Positions 37,509 through 47,729 of a stretch of 64,000 bases of DNA are shown here, in pieces (the stretch's first letter is position 1; each line of letters begins with the position of its first letter). Source of the DNA: an uncultured Gammaproteobacteria bacterium (GTDB lineage Bacteria; Patescibacteriota; Microgenomatia; Levybacterales; GWA1-39-11); assembly GCA_964504535.1 (NCBI GenBank), contig CAZDED010000002.1, positions 82,673-146,672 of the forward strand, read 5' to 3'. The translations under genes and the position numbers were made by a program. The notes beneath the pieces were generated by a model. It saw nothing but the letters and a program-made list of their open reading frames with translations. It was not told the origin of the DNA and searched no databases.

Positions 37509-39163
37509 GGGATAATAGTATAAAATTATTAAAGAGTTATATGCAGAAAAAGATATTGTTATTATTTGGGATTGTTTTTGTTGCGTTCATTGTAAGGTTT
37601 GTTTTTCTTGGGAGCATTGCACCATCTTTAACGTGGGATGAAACCGCATGGGGATACAACGCTTATTCGCTAGGAATTGATGGAAAGGACGAATTCGGTA
37701 AATTTTTGCCGATGACATATCTTGAATCCTTTGGAGATTTTAAACCACCGGTGTATGCGTACCTTGACATTCTCCCTATTAAATTATTTGGCCTGACTGA
37801 GTTTGCAACCCGCTTTCCATCGGCATTTTTTGGAACGCTCACCGTTTTTCTGACATTTTTTCTTGTTAAAGAAATATTTGGTAAAGAAAAAGAAGATTTA
37901 GCGCTTATAGCCTCTTTGTTGTTGGCAATTTCTCCCTGGCATATAATGTTGTCCCGCGCTGCATTTGAGGCAAATGTTGCGAGTTTCTTTATTGTACTTG
38001 GTGTTTTTCTGTTTTTAAAAGCCGTGCGGGAAAGAATAGTCCTTCTTCCTTTTTCTATTCTTTCATTTGTTCTTGCTATGAATACATTTAATAGTGCAAG
38101 AATTGTAGTTCCGCTTCTCGGTATTTTGGTGATTATTGTATTTCATAAAAAACTCCTAAAACATATAAAAGTATCAGTAATTTCCCTCATTCTTGGTGTC
38201 GTGCTTTTAGTGCCCCTTATCAGTTTTATGGTTTCTCCACAAGCAAAATTAAGATTTAATGAGGTGAACATATTTACCGATATTGGCGTAATAGATAGAA
38301 CAAACCAGGAAATAAAAAATGATAATAATTCAATTTTCTCCAAAGTGCTGCATAATCGTAGATTTGCTTATGGAGTAGAGTATATCCATCACTATCTTGA
38401 TAATTTGGCTCCTCAATTTCTTTTCATTAAGGGTGATGGAAATCCTAAGTTTTCTCTTCAGGATGTTGGGCAACTATACATATGGGAAATCCCATTTTTT
38501 GTAGGTGGAATAATTTTATTATTTAGGAAAAGAGAAAAGCATTGGTGGTTAGTACCATTATGGTTATTGATTGGTATTGTTCCTGCGGGGTTTGCGAGAG
38601 AAACACCACACGCACTTCGTATTGAGTCTGCACTTCCTACATTTCAGATATTTACAGCAATTGGATTTTATTATTTTACAAAGTACCTTATAAAATTAAA
38701 GAACAAAAGAATGGGGATTGGGTCTCTATATGTTCTTGGACTTATCATTTTGTTTGGCTTTGTTTATTTTGTCCAAAATTATTTTTTCCATTATTCACAT
38801 GAATTTTCAGGAGAATGGCAGTATGGATATAAGGAGTCTATAGCATACGTATCTTCAGTGCAGAATAAATACAAGGATGTATATATAACAGAAAGCCTGG
38901 GAAGACCGTATGTGTACTACCTTTTTTATCAGAAATATGATCCAGTTACATTTCGTCAAGAAGCAGACATTTATAGAGAAGTTTTTGGTTTTGTACACGT
39001 TAAAAGTTATTCAAATCTTCACTATACCGACCAAATCGGTAAAATAAATAAAACTAATGCTCTTTATCTATCGACTCCGGGAGAAAAACCTGAAAATGCA
39101 AATACAATAAAAGAGTTCAAGTTATTGAATGGGCACACCGCTCTTGTTGCATACACCTTATGA
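37505..39163 (+). CDS. Family A GT-C glycosyltransferase, PMT/ArnT-like (GT39-type)
   Basis: SLTWDETAWGYNAYSLG…TEFATRFPSAFFG. 552 aa. Confidence 0.65.
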   Translation: MRDNSIKLLKSYMQKKILLLFGIVFVAFIVRFVFLGSIAPSLTWDETAWGYNAYSLGIDGKDEFGKFLPMTYLESFGDFKPPVYAYLDILPIKLFGLTEFATRFPSAFFGTLTVFLTFFLVKEIFGKEKEDLALIASLLLAISPWHIMLSRAAFEANVASFFIVLGVFLFLKAVRERIVLLPFSILSFVLAMNTFNSARIVVPLLGILVIIVFHKKLLKHIKVSVISLILGVVLLVPLISFMVSPQAKLRFNEVNIFTDIGVIDRTNQEIKNDNNSIFSKVLHNRRFAYGVEYIHHYLDNLAPQFLFIKGDGNPKFSLQDVGQLYIWEIPFFVGGIILLFRKREKHWWLVPLWLLIGIVPAGFARETPHALRIESALPTFQIFTAIGFYYFTKYLIKLKNKRMGIGSLYVLGLIILFGFVYFVQNYFFHYSHEFSGEWQYGYKESIAYVSSVQNKYKDVYITESLGRPYVYYLFYQKYDPVTFRQEADIYREVFGFVHVKSYSNLHYTDQIGKINKTNALYLSTPGEKPENANTIKEFKLLNGHTALVAYTL

Positions 39164-40839
39164 AATTATTGAAAAAACCTGTTTTTTTACTTATTGCGAT
39201 CATACTCTTGGCGGTAAGTCTTAGAACCTACAATATTGGCAAAGTACCAATAAGCCTTAATTGGGATGAAGTAGCTCTTGGATACAATGCATTTTCAATT
39301 CTTAAAACGGGGAATGATGAATATGGAAAATTCTTGCCGGTCGTTCTCCAGTCTTATGATGATTATAAGCCGGCGCTTTATGCTTATTTTGATATCCCAT
39401 TTGTTGCGATTTTAGGACTGACCGAAGCTGCTGTAAGACTTCCTTCTGCAACTGCTGGCGTAGCAGCGGTGTTTCTTATTTATTGTATCGTCTTGGAGCT
39501 TATGGGACAACGCAAGGTCCAACTCTTTGACCACGAAGTTGCTTCGACCTGGGTAGCTCTTGCAACTTCTTTTTTCTTGGCAATTTCTCCATGGCACATC
39601 CAATTCTCGCGAATTGCTTTCGAGTCAAATGTTGGTTTAACGCTAAATCTGTTTGCTTTCCTCCTATTTCTAAAGGCTCTAAAAAAACCAATGCTGCTTC
39701 CATTATCATTTATGGTTGCAGCATTAAATATTCATATGTATCAAAGTGAAAGAGTATTCTCTCCTTTGTTGATAATCATACTGTCGTTAATTTTTTACAA
39801 AAAGCTTTTGACTTTTAAGAAATGGGTATTTGTCTCTATTATTGCAGCTTTTATTGTAGCGTTACCGCTTATTGTCTACATTTTGACAAACAACAATGCA
39901 CTGATGCGGGCAAAAGGTGTTAGTGTATTTTCGTCCCAGGAATTGGTCTCGCGTTCCTCAAAAAAATTATTGCAAGACGATCTAACAGGAAACACTATCG
40001 GAAAAATATTAGACAACAGAAGACTAGAATTTGGAAAAGCGGCAGTTGCCGGGTACATCTCCCATTTTGACCTCAATTGGCTTTTTATATCGGGAGATAT
40101 TGCTCGCCACCATGCCCCTTTCATGGGTTTGCTTTATCTCTTTGAATTACCTTTGCTTCTTATCGGAATTTATGCTCTCATCTTTTTGAAGATAGAAAGA
40201 AAATATAAGTTGGCATTTTTTGCATACTTTCTACTAGTGCCTATACCTGCCTCTATTACAAGTGGGGTGCCGCATGCTGTAAGGACTTTAAATTTTGAAG
40301 GGACTTGGGAGTTATTTATTGCTCTAGGACTGATTGTTTCAATTCAATTTATCCTCAATCAAAGAAAAAAATTAATAAAAAATTGCTTTAAACTATTTGC
40401 TATTTTCTATTTACTTTTTACTATTTTTAACATTTCCTATTTCCTCAATCAATATTTCGTGCAGCTTAACTACTATGATGCAAAAGACTGGCTATATGGT
40501 TATAAACAGGCAATTTCATATGTTGATTCGGTTAACCATAAATATGACAAAATTATTGTAGAAAATACCTCACCGTTGGATCAGTCATATATGTTTTTCC
40601 TTTTCTATCTAAAGATTGATCCGGCATACTATCAGTCTTTAGGCGGTACAGCAAGCGGAGGTTTTAGAGAGACACACAAAGGATTTTATAATTATGTTTT
40701 CGAGCCATTATCAACTGCCAAAGAAACGGGGAGAATTTTGTTAGTTGGAAAGCCCTCCGATATTTCCGAGAGTGCAGGGGGTAAAAAAATAATTCTTTTC
40801 CCGGATGGTACTCCTGCAATTGCCATAGGAGAAAAGTAA
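39160..40839 (+). CDS. Family A GT-C glycosyltransferase, PMT/ArnT-like (GT39-type)
   Basis: SLNWDEVALGYNAFSIL…TEAAVRLPSATAG. 559 aa. Confidence 0.65.
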   Translation: MKLLKKPVFLLIAIILLAVSLRTYNIGKVPISLNWDEVALGYNAFSILKTGNDEYGKFLPVVLQSYDDYKPALYAYFDIPFVAILGLTEAAVRLPSATAGVAAVFLIYCIVLELMGQRKVQLFDHEVASTWVALATSFFLAISPWHIQFSRIAFESNVGLTLNLFAFLLFLKALKKPMLLPLSFMVAALNIHMYQSERVFSPLLIIILSLIFYKKLLTFKKWVFVSIIAAFIVALPLIVYILTNNNALMRAKGVSVFSSQELVSRSSKKLLQDDLTGNTIGKILDNRRLEFGKAAVAGYISHFDLNWLFISGDIARHHAPFMGLLYLFELPLLLIGIYALIFLKIERKYKLAFFAYFLLVPIPASITSGVPHAVRTLNFEGTWELFIALGLIVSIQFILNQRKKLIKNCFKLFAIFYLLFTIFNISYFLNQYFVQLNYYDAKDWLYGYKQAISYVDSVNHKYDKIIVENTSPLDQSYMFFLFYLKIDPAYYQSLGGTASGGFRETHKGFYNYVFEPLSTAKETGRILLVGKPSDISESAGGKKIILFPDGTPAIAIGEK

Positions 40840-40840
40840 C

Positions 40841-42106
40841 ATGACAAAATTTCTATTAAAGTATTTTTCCAACAAAACCACACTGTTGATTTTTATTCTT
40901 TTATTAATCGTTCAAATTTTTACCCGTTTTTCATACCCCGACACGAAAAGTGATTTTAGCTGGGATCAAATAGACAATGCATGGGCGGCAAAAAATATAA
41001 TTTATGATCATAAATTCCCATTGGTAGGAATGCAGGCGAAAGGAAATACAGGTTTTTATATTGGGCCCTATTATTACTATTTGATAACTCCTTTCTATCT
41101 AGCTACTGATCTTGACCCATATGCATCAATTGTTATAGCAGGATTTACAAGTATAATTATGTTTTTTCTGACCTACCTATTGGTAAGGGATATGATGGGT
41201 GAGAAAATTGCTTTATTTGCTACTTTTTTTGAAGTTTTTTCGTTCTATATTATCGGTCTTGACAGGACACAATGGCCTGTCAATCTTATTGCGCCCGTTT
41301 CGCTTATTATATTTTATTCGCTCTATAAAATTATGAACGGTAACGTACGGTATATACTGTTGCTAATTGCTTCATTTGGATTTTCACTTCACGTCCATTT
41401 TACTTCAGTATTTTATATTCCATTAATAATATTGTGTTTGCCTTTTTTTCCAAGAAAAAAACTATCGATAAAATATTTATTTTTATCGTTTCCAATACTA
41501 CTATTTTTTATCTTCCCGATAATTATTTCCTCATTTGGCAAAGGAAGCACTCATGTTCTTGGGTATCTTAGCAGTTCGTATCTGGGTTTTCATTTAAGGA
41601 GAGTTTTTCAAATAATTGGTGATGGTTTTATTGAATATGAAGGAATAGCTGATTTTCAATACTTCAAAAAAATAGGCTTATTATTGTTTCCTACATTTCT
41701 TTTAGTTTCTTTTATTGCGTTTTATAGAACAAGTAAAGTGTATTTAATATATCTCAGTTTAATTTGGGTCATTTTGCCGTGGCTATTTTTTGCCACATAC
41801 GGCGGTGAAATTTCAAATTATTATTTCTCAATAACTCGACCTGTCGTCTTGATATCATTAGCGTACCTTTTATATATTCTCTTCGAAAATAAAAAGATAA
41901 TCGGAAAGCTATCTGTATTTGTAATCCTCTTGCTGTATGTGTATGTCAACTCCAAACAATTCTTTGCATTCAAGGCTAGGGGACTTGGATATTACCGGGA
42001 AAAGGTGGATGAAAAGATTAAGAATGGAGTGGATATCGAATTTAGTCAGGGCAATCCCGAGTCATATCTCTATTTCATTAAGAAACAAAGATATGACAAA
42101 AAGTAA
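40841..42106 (+). CDS. Family D polytopic membrane protein ('WDQ' family)
   Basis: 421 aa. DFSWDQIDNAWAAKNIIYDHKFPLVGMQAKGNTGFYIGPYYYY. Aligns with the 36018 ORF. Confidence 0.5.
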   Translation: MTKFLLKYFSNKTTLLIFILLLIVQIFTRFSYPDTKSDFSWDQIDNAWAAKNIIYDHKFPLVGMQAKGNTGFYIGPYYYYLITPFYLATDLDPYASIVIAGFTSIIMFFLTYLLVRDMMGEKIALFATFFEVFSFYIIGLDRTQWPVNLIAPVSLIIFYSLYKIMNGNVRYILLLIASFGFSLHVHFTSVFYIPLIILCLPFFPRKKLSIKYLFLSFPILLFFIFPIIISSFGKGSTHVLGYLSSSYLGFHLRRVFQIIGDGFIEYEGIADFQYFKKIGLLLFPTFLLVSFIAFYRTSKVYLIYLSLIWVILPWLFFATYGGEISNYYFSITRPVVLISLAYLLYILFENKKIIGKLSVFVILLLYVYVNSKQFFAFKARGLGYYREKVDEKIKNGVDIEFSQGNPESYLYFIKKQRYDKK

Positions 42107-42159
42107 TTTTTCTGTTGCACTTTATTTGGCAACAATGATACGATCATAATCTGGTTTAT

Positions 42160-43224
42160 ATGAACAAGAGCAAGATATTAATCACGGGTGGAGCAGGGTT
42201 TGTAGGAACAAACCTCGTTAGTTTTTTACTGGGGAAAAAGGAATATGAAATAGTTGTTTTCGATAAATTGGATCATCATTCAGACGAAGAACAAGCAAAA
42301 AAAATTACATACGTTAAAGGCAACATTATTAATAAGTCTGATGTAGAAAAATTATTTGCTCAACATGCACCGTTTGAGGGGGTATATCATTTGGCTGGCG
42401 AGATGCCAAACAAACTTGCGGATGCAAAATTAATGATGCAGACGAATGTTGATGGAACATCAAATCTCATTTCAGAAGCAGTGAAATATAAAGCAAAGTT
42501 TTTTATATTTGCTTCAAGCAATGTGACTTATGGAATACCAATTGAACTCCCTGTAACGGAAAACACCCAACTTAAGCCTCTTGAGGTATATGGGAAGAGT
42601 AAGGAGGAGGCCGAAAAAGTCCTCCAGAAATACAACGGGAAAATAAATATCCAGATGTTCAGGTGCCCGGTTATAACCGGCGTAGGAAGACTTGGACTGC
42701 AGGCAATTCTGTACGAATTCATATCAGAAGACAAGAAGGTATATGTTCTAGGCGGAGGGAACAATAAATACCAGTTTGTTGACGTAGAGGATGTAGTGCA
42801 GGCAATGACGACAGCAAGCAAGATTAAAGGGTTTGACGTATATGTGATAGGGGCAGACGAAATCTTAACACTGCGTGAGTTATATCAAAAAGTTATTGAA
42901 TTTGCCGGCAGTAAATCAAAAATTGTATCACTCCCCTGGGGACCAGCCCTTTTTGCACTTTCAATTTTAGATAAAGTTAACTTTTCCCCGCTTGGAGTAT
43001 ATCAATACACTATGATGGGAAGATCCATTTACGCGGATACGACGAAAATAAAAAAGAAACTTTCCTGGAAACCTAAAAGAACAAATGCAGACACATTCAT
43101 AGAAAATTATAAATGGTATAAGAAAAATAAAGGAAATTTTGTTGTTATTGGCGGGAGTAAGTCTTCGCCAAATAAAAGTGTTCCAAAGATGGGGATTTTA
43201 AAGATTCTTAAAATGTTTTCATAA
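42160..43224 (+). CDS. NAD-dependent epimerase/dehydratase (SDR) family protein
   Basis: Rossmann fold ILITGGAGFVGTNLV and catalytic YGKSK (YxxxK). 354 aa. Confidence 0.7.
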   Translation: MNKSKILITGGAGFVGTNLVSFLLGKKEYEIVVFDKLDHHSDEEQAKKITYVKGNIINKSDVEKLFAQHAPFEGVYHLAGEMPNKLADAKLMMQTNVDGTSNLISEAVKYKAKFFIFASSNVTYGIPIELPVTENTQLKPLEVYGKSKEEAEKVLQKYNGKINIQMFRCPVITGVGRLGLQAILYEFISEDKKVYVLGGGNNKYQFVDVEDVVQAMTTASKIKGFDVYVIGADEILTLRELYQKVIEFAGSKSKIVSLPWGPALFALSILDKVNFSPLGVYQYTMMGRSIYADTTKIKKKLSWKPKRTNADTFIENYKWYKKNKGNFVVIGGSKSSPNKSVPKMGILKILKMFS

Positions 43225-43228
43225 TATT

Positions 43229-44872
43229 ATGAAGCATGTACATAAATTTCTGGTCGCTATTATAATTCTTGCAGCAATTCTTCGCCTTTTTGATCTTAAT
43301 GGTGTGCCTCCTTCTGCCTCACTCGATGAGTCTTCTATCGGGTATAATGCATATTCAGTCATCAAAACAGGAGGGGACGAATTCGGTACATTTCCACTCG
43401 TTTCTCAACGTGGATATGATGATTATCGTCGTTCAACCTATTTACTTCTTGTCGCGCCCTTTGTAGTTGTCATGGGGCTGAATGTTCTGGCTGTCAGACT
43501 TCCAGCAGTGATTCTTAGTATACTAACTGTTTGGGCGGTTTTTGAGATCGCTCGACTTTTGGTTAAAAAACCTTCTAAATTCAGTGATGAGTTAGCATGC
43601 TTTTCGGCATTTCTACTTGCGATTAGTCCGTGGCATATTTATATTTCTCGTATTGGGCATGAATCAAATGCTTGTCTTTCTTTTTTAGTATTTGCGATTC
43701 TTTTTTTCCTGAAAGGACTTGAAAACAAAAAACTACTGTTGGTTTCAGTTCTTTTCTTTGCTTTGTCTATGGTAAGTTACTATTCGGGGCAAGTCATCGT
43801 TCCTCTTCTCGTTATCTCATTGGCTGTAATTTATAGAAAAAAACTCTTAGAAATGATACTTGTTGACAAAAAATCCAAGATTGTAACTTTATTTGTTTTG
43901 TTGTTGGCAATACCTGTCGTGTGGTCCGTTTTTTCACCCGATGCTCTTATCCGCTTTCGCGGTACGAGTACTTTTTCACCGAGTTCACACGAGCAACTAT
44001 TTAAAGAAAGGGTGTTATTGCGCAATGAAGCTGTTGCAAAGCATGACCTCATTGGTAGCATTATCTACAATCAACGGTTGTTTCCTCTTGTTGTTTTAGC
44101 TCAGGGATATTTTGATCATTTTAATCCTCAGTGGTTATTCTTTAATGATTCTAACGGTATTTTTAAAGCTCCCCATATTGGGTTGTTATACCCATGGCAA
44201 ATTCCGTTCATATTATTCGGTTTGGTTGCCTTCCTAGTCAGTAAAAATGTCGGCATATCAATGAAATTTACAGTTTTGATATGGTTTCTATTGGGGGCAT
44301 TACCTGCGTCTATCGCAACACAAACACCACATGCGATGCGCTCATACAATATATTACCAACATGGGAAATATTTACAGCTTTTGGAATAATAACTCTGAA
44401 ATTTTTATTCTATAAATATAAATTGATAACCGGTGGATTAGTAGCTATTCTTGTTTGTTTTTCATTACAATCATTTTTTACGAATTACTTCGTTAATTTT
44501 CCGAAAGAGCATTCTAAGTCTTTCCAATATGCATATGGCAAATCACTGGGGTATGTCATCGCAAATCAGGATAAATACCAAAGAGTAGTAATCTCGAACA
44601 AAGATAATATGTTCCAGTCTTACATGATATTTTTGTATTACAGTAAATATGATCCAAACTTGTATCAAAAACAGGGTGGGACAATATCAGGTGGCTATGA
44701 AGCGACACACTTTTTCGGAAAATATGAATTTAAAGAAATTGATTGGACAAAAGAAAAAACATCAAACACTTTGTATGTAGTAAATCCTCAGGAAATACCC
44801 TCAAATGCTCAGGTATTATATGTAGGAAAATACTTAGATAATACAAAAGGGGCAATAGTTCTTACGCGTTGA
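43229..44872 (+). CDS. Family A GT-C glycosyltransferase, PMT/ArnT-like (GT39-type)
   Basis: SASLDESSIGYNAYSVI…LAVRLPAVILS. 547 aa. Confidence 0.65.
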   Translation: MKHVHKFLVAIIILAAILRLFDLNGVPPSASLDESSIGYNAYSVIKTGGDEFGTFPLVSQRGYDDYRRSTYLLLVAPFVVVMGLNVLAVRLPAVILSILTVWAVFEIARLLVKKPSKFSDELACFSAFLLAISPWHIYISRIGHESNACLSFLVFAILFFLKGLENKKLLLVSVLFFALSMVSYYSGQVIVPLLVISLAVIYRKKLLEMILVDKKSKIVTLFVLLLAIPVVWSVFSPDALIRFRGTSTFSPSSHEQLFKERVLLRNEAVAKHDLIGSIIYNQRLFPLVVLAQGYFDHFNPQWLFFNDSNGIFKAPHIGLLYPWQIPFILFGLVAFLVSKNVGISMKFTVLIWFLLGALPASIATQTPHAMRSYNILPTWEIFTAFGIITLKFLFYKYKLITGGLVAILVCFSLQSFFTNYFVNFPKEHSKSFQYAYGKSLGYVIANQDKYQRVVISNKDNMFQSYMIFLYYSKYDPNLYQKQGGTISGGYEATHFFGKYEFKEIDWTKEKTSNTLYVVNPQEIPSNAQVLYVGKYLDNTKGAIVLTR

Positions 44873-44884
44873 TATAATGGTTAT

Positions 44885-45661
44885 ATGAAAAAACTCTCGG
44901 TTGTTCTTGCAACTTTTAATGAAGAAGAGAATCTAGATAGGTGCTTGAGTGCCGTAAAGGATTTGGCTGATGAGATTGTTATAGTTGATGGGACTTCCAA
45001 AGATAAAACAGTTGAGATTGCCAAGTCATTTAAGGCTAAAGTCTTTGTTACAACCAATCCTCCCAATTTTCACATCAACAAGCAAAAAGCTATTGATCTT
45101 GCAACCGGAGATTGGATATTGCAACTTGATGCCGATGAGGTAGTGTCTAAGGGACTTTGCGAGGAGATAACTGACATTTTAAAAAACGATCCGGTAGAGA
45201 ACGGATACTGGATGCCAAGAAAGAATTATTTTTTAGGGAGATTTCTAATGAAGGGTGGTCAGTACCCTGACTACACGGTCAGACTTTACAGAAATGGAAA
45301 AGGAAAGCTGCCCCAAAAAGATGTACACGAGCAGGCAGTGATTGAAGGAAAAATAGGCTACCTTAAGGAGGCATTACTTCATTATCCCTATAAAGACTTC
45401 AATTTTTACGTTTCTAAATGGATGCGCTACAACCACCTTCTCGCTTCTCAAATACATGACGATTTAAAAAATAAGAATTTTATATTGCGTATTTACTATG
45501 GTTTTGCTTATGTTTTCGCAAAACCGGCGCACTGGATGTTGACTGCATACGGAAGGCATAAAGGGTTTTATGATTCATGGCAAGGTTTTGTATTTGCTAT
45601 AATGTCAGCACTACGTTTTCCAGTCTCTTACATTTTGTACCTACAACATAAGTATGAATGA
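44885..45661 (+). CDS. GT2 glycosyltransferase (KdtX/WaaE-like subfamily)
   Basis: LSVVLATFNEEENL…IVIVDGTSKDKT…QLDADEVV. Confidence 0.65.
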   Translation: MKKLSVVLATFNEEENLDRCLSAVKDLADEIVIVDGTSKDKTVEIAKSFKAKVFVTTNPPNFHINKQKAIDLATGDWILQLDADEVVSKGLCEEITDILKNDPVENGYWMPRKNYFLGRFLMKGGQYPDYTVRLYRNGKGKLPQKDVHEQAVIEGKIGYLKEALLHYPYKDFNFYVSKWMRYNHLLASQIHDDLKNKNFILRIYYGFAYVFAKPAHWMLTAYGRHKGFYDSWQGFVFAIMSALRFPVSYILYLQHKYE

Positions 45662-46631
45662 CAAAACAATTTTAGTAACCGGTGGAGCAGGCTATATTGG
45701 CGGATTTATGGTCAGAAAGCTGGTTGAAAAAGGCTACACTGTTGTTGCAATCGATAACCTTTCACGCAATAGTAGACCGGAATTACCTGAAAGCGTTAAT
45801 TTTGTTGAAGGAAGTATCGGTGACAGAAATAAAATAAAATCGATCTTTGAAAACACCCGAATTGACGGAGTTATCCACTTTGCGGCTTTTATTTCGATGG
45901 CAGAGTCAATGAAGGATCCATTTATCTATTTCGAGGATAATGTATACGATAGCCTTACACTTCTTGAAGAAATGAAAAACCATGATGTGAAAAATATTAT
46001 TTTTTCTTCAACCGCAGGGGTATACGGCAATCCAACCGTTCTTCCAATTCCCGAAGACCATCCCAAGAATCCTACAAACCCATACGGGCAAAGCAAATTG
46101 ATGGTTGAACAAATCTTGTCGTGGTACCAAAAAATATTTGGTATATCATACACAGCTCTTCGCTATTTTAACGCGTGTGGAGCATCATTAGATGGTGAGC
46201 ACGGAGAAAGACACAGTCCGGAAACACATATAATTCCACGGGCTATGCAAGCCTTGCTTGGTAATGAGCCGTTTGAGCTTTTTGGGAGAGATTACCAGAC
46301 ACCTGATGGCACCTGTGTACGTGATTATATTCATGTTTTGGATTTAGTTGAGGCACATGTTTTGGCTTTAGAAAAGATCTTTCAAAATCCTGGGGGAAAC
46401 ATATTTAATGTAGGTACTGGTAAAGGCCTTTCAAATAGTGAAATTCTTAAGACGATTGAAGAAGTGACCGGAAGGAAAATGAATATTATTGATAAGGATC
46501 GAAGACCTGGAGATGCAAATGAACTTGTTGCAGATGTTACAAAAATTACAAATGAACTTGGATTTTCACCTCAACACTCAGACATTCGAACGATTGTTGA
46601 ATCAGCTTGGAAATTCCATAGTAAGCAATAG
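45654..46631 (+). CDS. galE: UDP-glucose/UDP-GlcNAc 4-epimerase
   Basis: ILVTGGAGYIGGFMV, FSSTAGVYG, YGQSKLMVE and NACGAS are the GalE hallmarks. 325 aa. Confidence 0.8.
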   Translation: MNDKTILVTGGAGYIGGFMVRKLVEKGYTVVAIDNLSRNSRPELPESVNFVEGSIGDRNKIKSIFENTRIDGVIHFAAFISMAESMKDPFIYFEDNVYDSLTLLEEMKNHDVKNIIFSSTAGVYGNPTVLPIPEDHPKNPTNPYGQSKLMVEQILSWYQKIFGISYTALRYFNACGASLDGEHGERHSPETHIIPRAMQALLGNEPFELFGRDYQTPDGTCVRDYIHVLDLVEAHVLALEKIFQNPGGNIFNVGTGKGLSNSEILKTIEEVTGRKMNIIDKDRRPGDANELVADVTKITNELGFSPQHSDIRTIVESAWKFHSKQ

Positions 46632-46667
46632 TTTGGTTTTTAGCCTCTGTTTCTCTATAATAAATTC

Positions 46668-47729
46668 ATGCGTATAGCATTAGACGTTGGACCTATTGAT
46701 TCAAAAAGCACAAGCAGTCACAAGGTACGCGGAGTTGGGAAATACATAACTCTTCTTAAAGACAATCTTCGCAAATACGATCACACAAACACGTACATTT
46801 TTTCATCAAATCCTTCAAATGAGAAAGATGTGGATTTAATCCATTACCCATACTTTGATCCGTTTTTCATCACCCTTCCATTGATTAAAAAAACTAAGAG
46901 CATAGTTACCGTGCATGACGTTATTCCGCTGGCACACAAAAGGCAGTTTCCGGTGGGTTTGAGAGGGGAGATCAAGTGGAAACTGAATAAAATGAGAATC
47001 CGTGGAGTTGATGGAATAATAACAGACTCGTTTGCTTCGAAAGATGCAATCAATAAAATAACTGGGATTTCAAACAAAAAAATATTCCCTGTTTATTTGT
47101 CAGTTGACCAAGAGTTTAGAAAATTGGAAGATGGAAAATGGAAAGCAGAGCTAATAAAAAAGTACAATCTTCCAGAATCATTTATTCTATATGTAGGGGA
47201 CGTAACATGGAATAAAAACCTACCAAATATCGTAAAGGCTACAAAAGAGGTAGGGGTAAGCTTGGTTATGGTGGGAAAAGCGGTTGGAGAGGATTTGTTT
47301 GATTTTAAAAGCCCATGGAATGCGTCTAGGAAAATAGTTTTGGAAGAAACCTACCAAAATCCATTATTCATAAAAGCTGGATTCGTTCCTACAGAAGATC
47401 TTGTGGAAATGTATAATCTAGCCCGCGCTTTAGTAATGCCTTCATTTGATGAAGGGTTTGGGTTGCCTGTTCTTGAGGCGATGAGCTCTGGATGTCCCGT
47501 TATAACTTCTAATTGTGGAAGCCTTCCTGAAGTAGCAGGAGAAGCCGCTGTTTATGTTGACCCTGAGGATCCGAAATCAATTGCCACTGCAATTAAAGAA
47601 GTTGTTGAGAGTAGCGAGTTGAGAAAAAACCTAAGTAGTAAGGGAATGTCCCAAGCAGATAAATTTTCTATTGAAAAAATGATGAAAGATACGATTTCTG
47701 TCTACCAATCTTTTTCGGATGAAAAGTAA
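46668..47729 (+). CDS. GT4 glycosyltransferase
   Basis: [31 protein letters not shown] (E-x7-E). Confidence 0.75.
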   Translation: MRIALDVGPIDSKSTSSHKVRGVGKYITLLKDNLRKYDHTNTYIFSSNPSNEKDVDLIHYPYFDPFFITLPLIKKTKSIVTVHDVIPLAHKRQFPVGLRGEIKWKLNKMRIRGVDGIITDSFASKDAINKITGISNKKIFPVYLSVDQEFRKLEDGKWKAELIKKYNLPESFILYVGDVTWNKNLPNIVKATKEVGVSLVMVGKAVGEDLFDFKSPWNASRKIVLEETYQNPLFIKAGFVPTEDLVEMYNLARALVMPSFDEGFGLPVLEAMSSGCPVITSNCGSLPEVAGEAAVYVDPEDPKSIATAIKEVVESSELRKNLSSKGMSQADKFSIEKMMKDTISVYQSFSDEK

